Origin: Vulcanimicrobiota bacterium
GTDB lineage: Bacteria > Vulcanimicrobiota > Vulcanimicrobiia > Vulcanimicrobiales > Vulcanimicrobiaceae
Assembly (NCBI GenBank): GCA_963733295.1
Contig: CAVTCS010000003.1
Location: forward strand, 1,568,001 to 1,632,000
Length of the DNA stretch: 64,000 nt
Direction: 5' to 3'
Positions within the stretch are counted from its first letter, which is position 1, and every line of letters starts with the position of its first letter. The notes beneath the pieces were generated by a model. That model did no database searches, was not told the origin of the DNA, and saw only the letters and a list, made by a program, of their open reading frames with translations. Shown here one piece after another: positions 62,015-64,000 of this stretch. The translations under genes were made by a program, and so were the position numbers.

Positions 62015-64000
62015 TCAGGTTCCGTCCGTTTGCGGCGGCGTCGTGCCGGAAGCGTAGTCGCCGATCCCGTCGGCGATCGAGGCTGCGACCTTTTGCAGGA
62101 AGGCCGGGGAGTGGAGCAGCGCCGCGTCGTCGGGATTCGAGAGGAAAGCAGTTTCGACGAGCGCGGCGGGCATTCTCGCATGATGCAGAACGTAAAAGTT
62201 TTCCTTGCGCACGCCGTCGTCTTTGGTTCCAAGCGACGCGATGAGGCGCCGGTGAATCGCTTCCGCGAGCGACAGATCGCCGCTCTTGAAATAGTAGGTC
62301 GTCGTGCCGTTGAGGCCCGAGGAGGTGAAGCTGTTGACGTGCACGCTCACGAACATCCGCGCGCCCGCGTTGTTCGCGACGTCGTCGCGCGCCTGAAGCT
62401 CGTCGTGGGCCGAGTCGTTGGGCGCATACACGTCGCTGTCGTCGCTGCGCGTGAGTTTAACCTGCCAGCCGCGTGCCAGTAAGAGCGCGCGGAGGCGCAT
62501 GGAGATGTCGAGCGTGAGGTCCTTTTCCGTCAGACCGTTGTGCGCCGCGCCGGTGTCGCTGCCGCCATGGCCCGGGTCGATCACGATCAGCTTGGGGTTG
62601 AGAGTGGGAGCAAACTTCCAAGGCGTTTCGAGCGGGGCCGGCGTGTCGTCGGGCGGTGCGGCCGCAAGCGGCGCCACAGCGGCCGGGCCCGTTCCAAATT
62701 GACCGTTTCCGGTGCGGAGTCCGGAAACGTCGTCGACCGGATTGACCGCGAGCGTCAAGCCGCCGTCGTTGGGAACGATGTCGACCTCACGCTGCGAACT
62801 CAGCGTAAGCGCGATCCGTACGGTCGGAACCGGCGTGGTCGCGGTTTGCCGGGCTCGAACCGCAAGCAACGAGCCGGAGGGCAGCGCTTGTTCTTGCGCG
62901 GGCAGCGCGAGTTGCGCGTTTTGCAGGTCGACGTACCAACGGTTGTCGGAGAGACGGTGCCATTCGTAGGCGAGACTGCCCTCGATCGTGATGCGCACGT
63001 TGGAACCTTGACCGAAAGGGACGATCTCGATTGCGGTGATCTGAGCGGCGGGAGGCGCGGAGGCCGCCGGCGTTGCCGGCCCTCCGAAGGGCGGTACGTT
63101 TTGCGCGCCGCCGGATTGCTCCGATAAGAAATCTTCGCCGCCCGGTACTTCGGGATCGGTGCGGCTCACTGCCCGGCTCGAAGGCAGCGGCGTCGCCGGC
63201 GGTATGCGCGGGTCGCGCACGCTGAGCGGGTTGACCGCGCTCGTTGCGTCGCCGGCCGGGGGCATAGGCGTTCCGCCGAACTGCGCGCCGGGCGGACCGA
63301 ATGCGATTGCGACCTCGTTCGGGGAGGCGGAAGGCACAAGCGCGATCGTCGCGCCGGGCACCGCCCCGAACGTCACGACGGTCGTCGGATTGCGCGGCGT
63401 GCCGCTGACGCTGATGCCGATCGTGCGTAACCCCGCGCCGCCGACTTGACGGTTGCGCTCGAGCGGCGAAGCGAGGCCCAAGAATGCGAGCGACAGCGAG
63501 CCGTCGCCCGCGTCGGCCAGACGCTTGAAGCGAAGGGGTGTCGCGCCGCGCAAGGTGACGACCGTAAGGTGACCGTCCGAACGCGCCTCGAGCCAGGCCA
63601 GCTGCGGCTGCAGGATCGTCTCGCCCGCATCCGGCAGCGGGTCGACGTACAACGCGCGCGCGACCGCATCGAGCGGCAGATAGACGAGTTTGCCGCTGAG
63701 GTACGGAGCGAAGTCCGCGGTCTGCGCAAGACCGTCCACGACGTAATGCGGATCGTCGATCGTGAAGGCGATCGTGCGACGGTCAGCGCTCACGATCGTC
63801 ACCGTTTTCGTTTTGGGATCGTAGGCGAGCGTCGCGCCGGCCTTGGCTAGAATTCGTTCCAGACCCGCGTCGTCGCTCGAAACGGCGATCTCGCCGGCCC
63901 TGACCTGGGGATGTTCGAGGATCAGACGTGTCCCCGCGAACCAAAGATCGGTCGCGTCGAGAGCGCGCGCCGGAGCGAGCGCGGCCCACGCCAGCGCGAG
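62015..64000 (-). CDS. N-acetylmuramoyl-L-alanine amidase (Amidase_3) with N-terminal stalk/AMIN-like domains; start lies beyond the window
   Basis: IDPGHGG.D.GA, EK, SVHVN and LVETAFLSN motifs; frame is open to position 64000 and begins in a signal-like segment. Confidence 0.92.
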   Translation of the reverse strand, partial: LALAWAALAPARALDATDLWFAGTRLILEHPQVRAGEIAVSSDDAGLERILAKAGATLAYDPKTKTVTIVSADRRTIAFTIDDPHYVVDGLAQTADFAPYLSGKLVYLPLDAVARALYVDPLPDAGETILQPQLAWLEARSDGHLTVVTLRGATPLRFKRLADAGDGSLSLAFLGLASPLERNRQVGGAGLRTIGISVSGTPRNPTTVVTFGAVPGATIALVPSASPNEVAIAFGPPGAQFGGTPMPPAGDATSAVNPLSVRDPRIPPATPLPSSRAVSRTDPEVPGGEDFLSEQSGGAQNVPPFGGPATPAASAPPAAQITAIEIVPFGQGSNVRITIEGSLAYEWHRLSDNRWYVDLQNAQLALPAQEQALPSGSLLAVRARQTATTPVPTVRIALTLSSQREVDIVPNDGGLTLAVNPVDDVSGLRTGNGQFGTGPAAVAPLAAAPPDDTPAPLETPWKFAPTLNPKLIVIDPGHGGSDTGAAHNGLTEKDLTLDISMRLRALLLARGWQVKLTRSDDSDVYAPNDSAHDELQARDDVANNAGARMFVSVHVNSFTSSGLNGTTTYYFKSGDLSLAEAIHRRLIASLGTKDDGVRKENFYVLHHARMPAALVETAFLSNPDDAALLHSPAFLQKVAASIADGIGDYASGTTPPQTDGT

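Overview
GC-rich bacterial chromosomal segment made mostly of housekeeping and metabolic genes. No rRNA, tRNA, CRISPR array, transposase or integrase was recognised. TonB-dependent receptors (a diderm trait) occur together with Firmicute-like (topA-trmFO-hslVU, def-fmt-rsmB) and Actinobacteria-like (fhaA-fhaB-PP2C-rodA) gene orders, which suggests a diderm Terrabacteria lineage such as Eremiobacterota (inference only). Content in order: partial msrB; divergent ilvB-ACT-ilvC and leuACDB operons, each with a leader-peptide attenuator; S41 protease; glucan phosphorylase; an unannotated metallothionein; two PQQ-type dehydrogenases; kynA; three TonB-dependent receptors with a Fur-family regulator; a sulfonate-type ABC transporter; prolyl oligopeptidase; GntR/ThDP enzyme/aldehyde dehydrogenase; the FHA/PP2C/SEDS, def/fmt/rsmB, hslUV, trmFO and topA block; a histone-H1-like repeat protein; oppDF; secG; dxs; murI; a partial cell-wall amidase. 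The best candidates for something new are (1) a coupled two-gene module encoding a small beta-grasp-like protein ending in Gly-Gly plus a membrane-anchored Cys-containing partner, with no E1/E2/JAB gene in the window (16395-17174), and (2) a Cys/Met-rich leader-peptide attenuator upstream of the sulfonate ABC operon (31523-31684). All calls are by eye; no searches were run.
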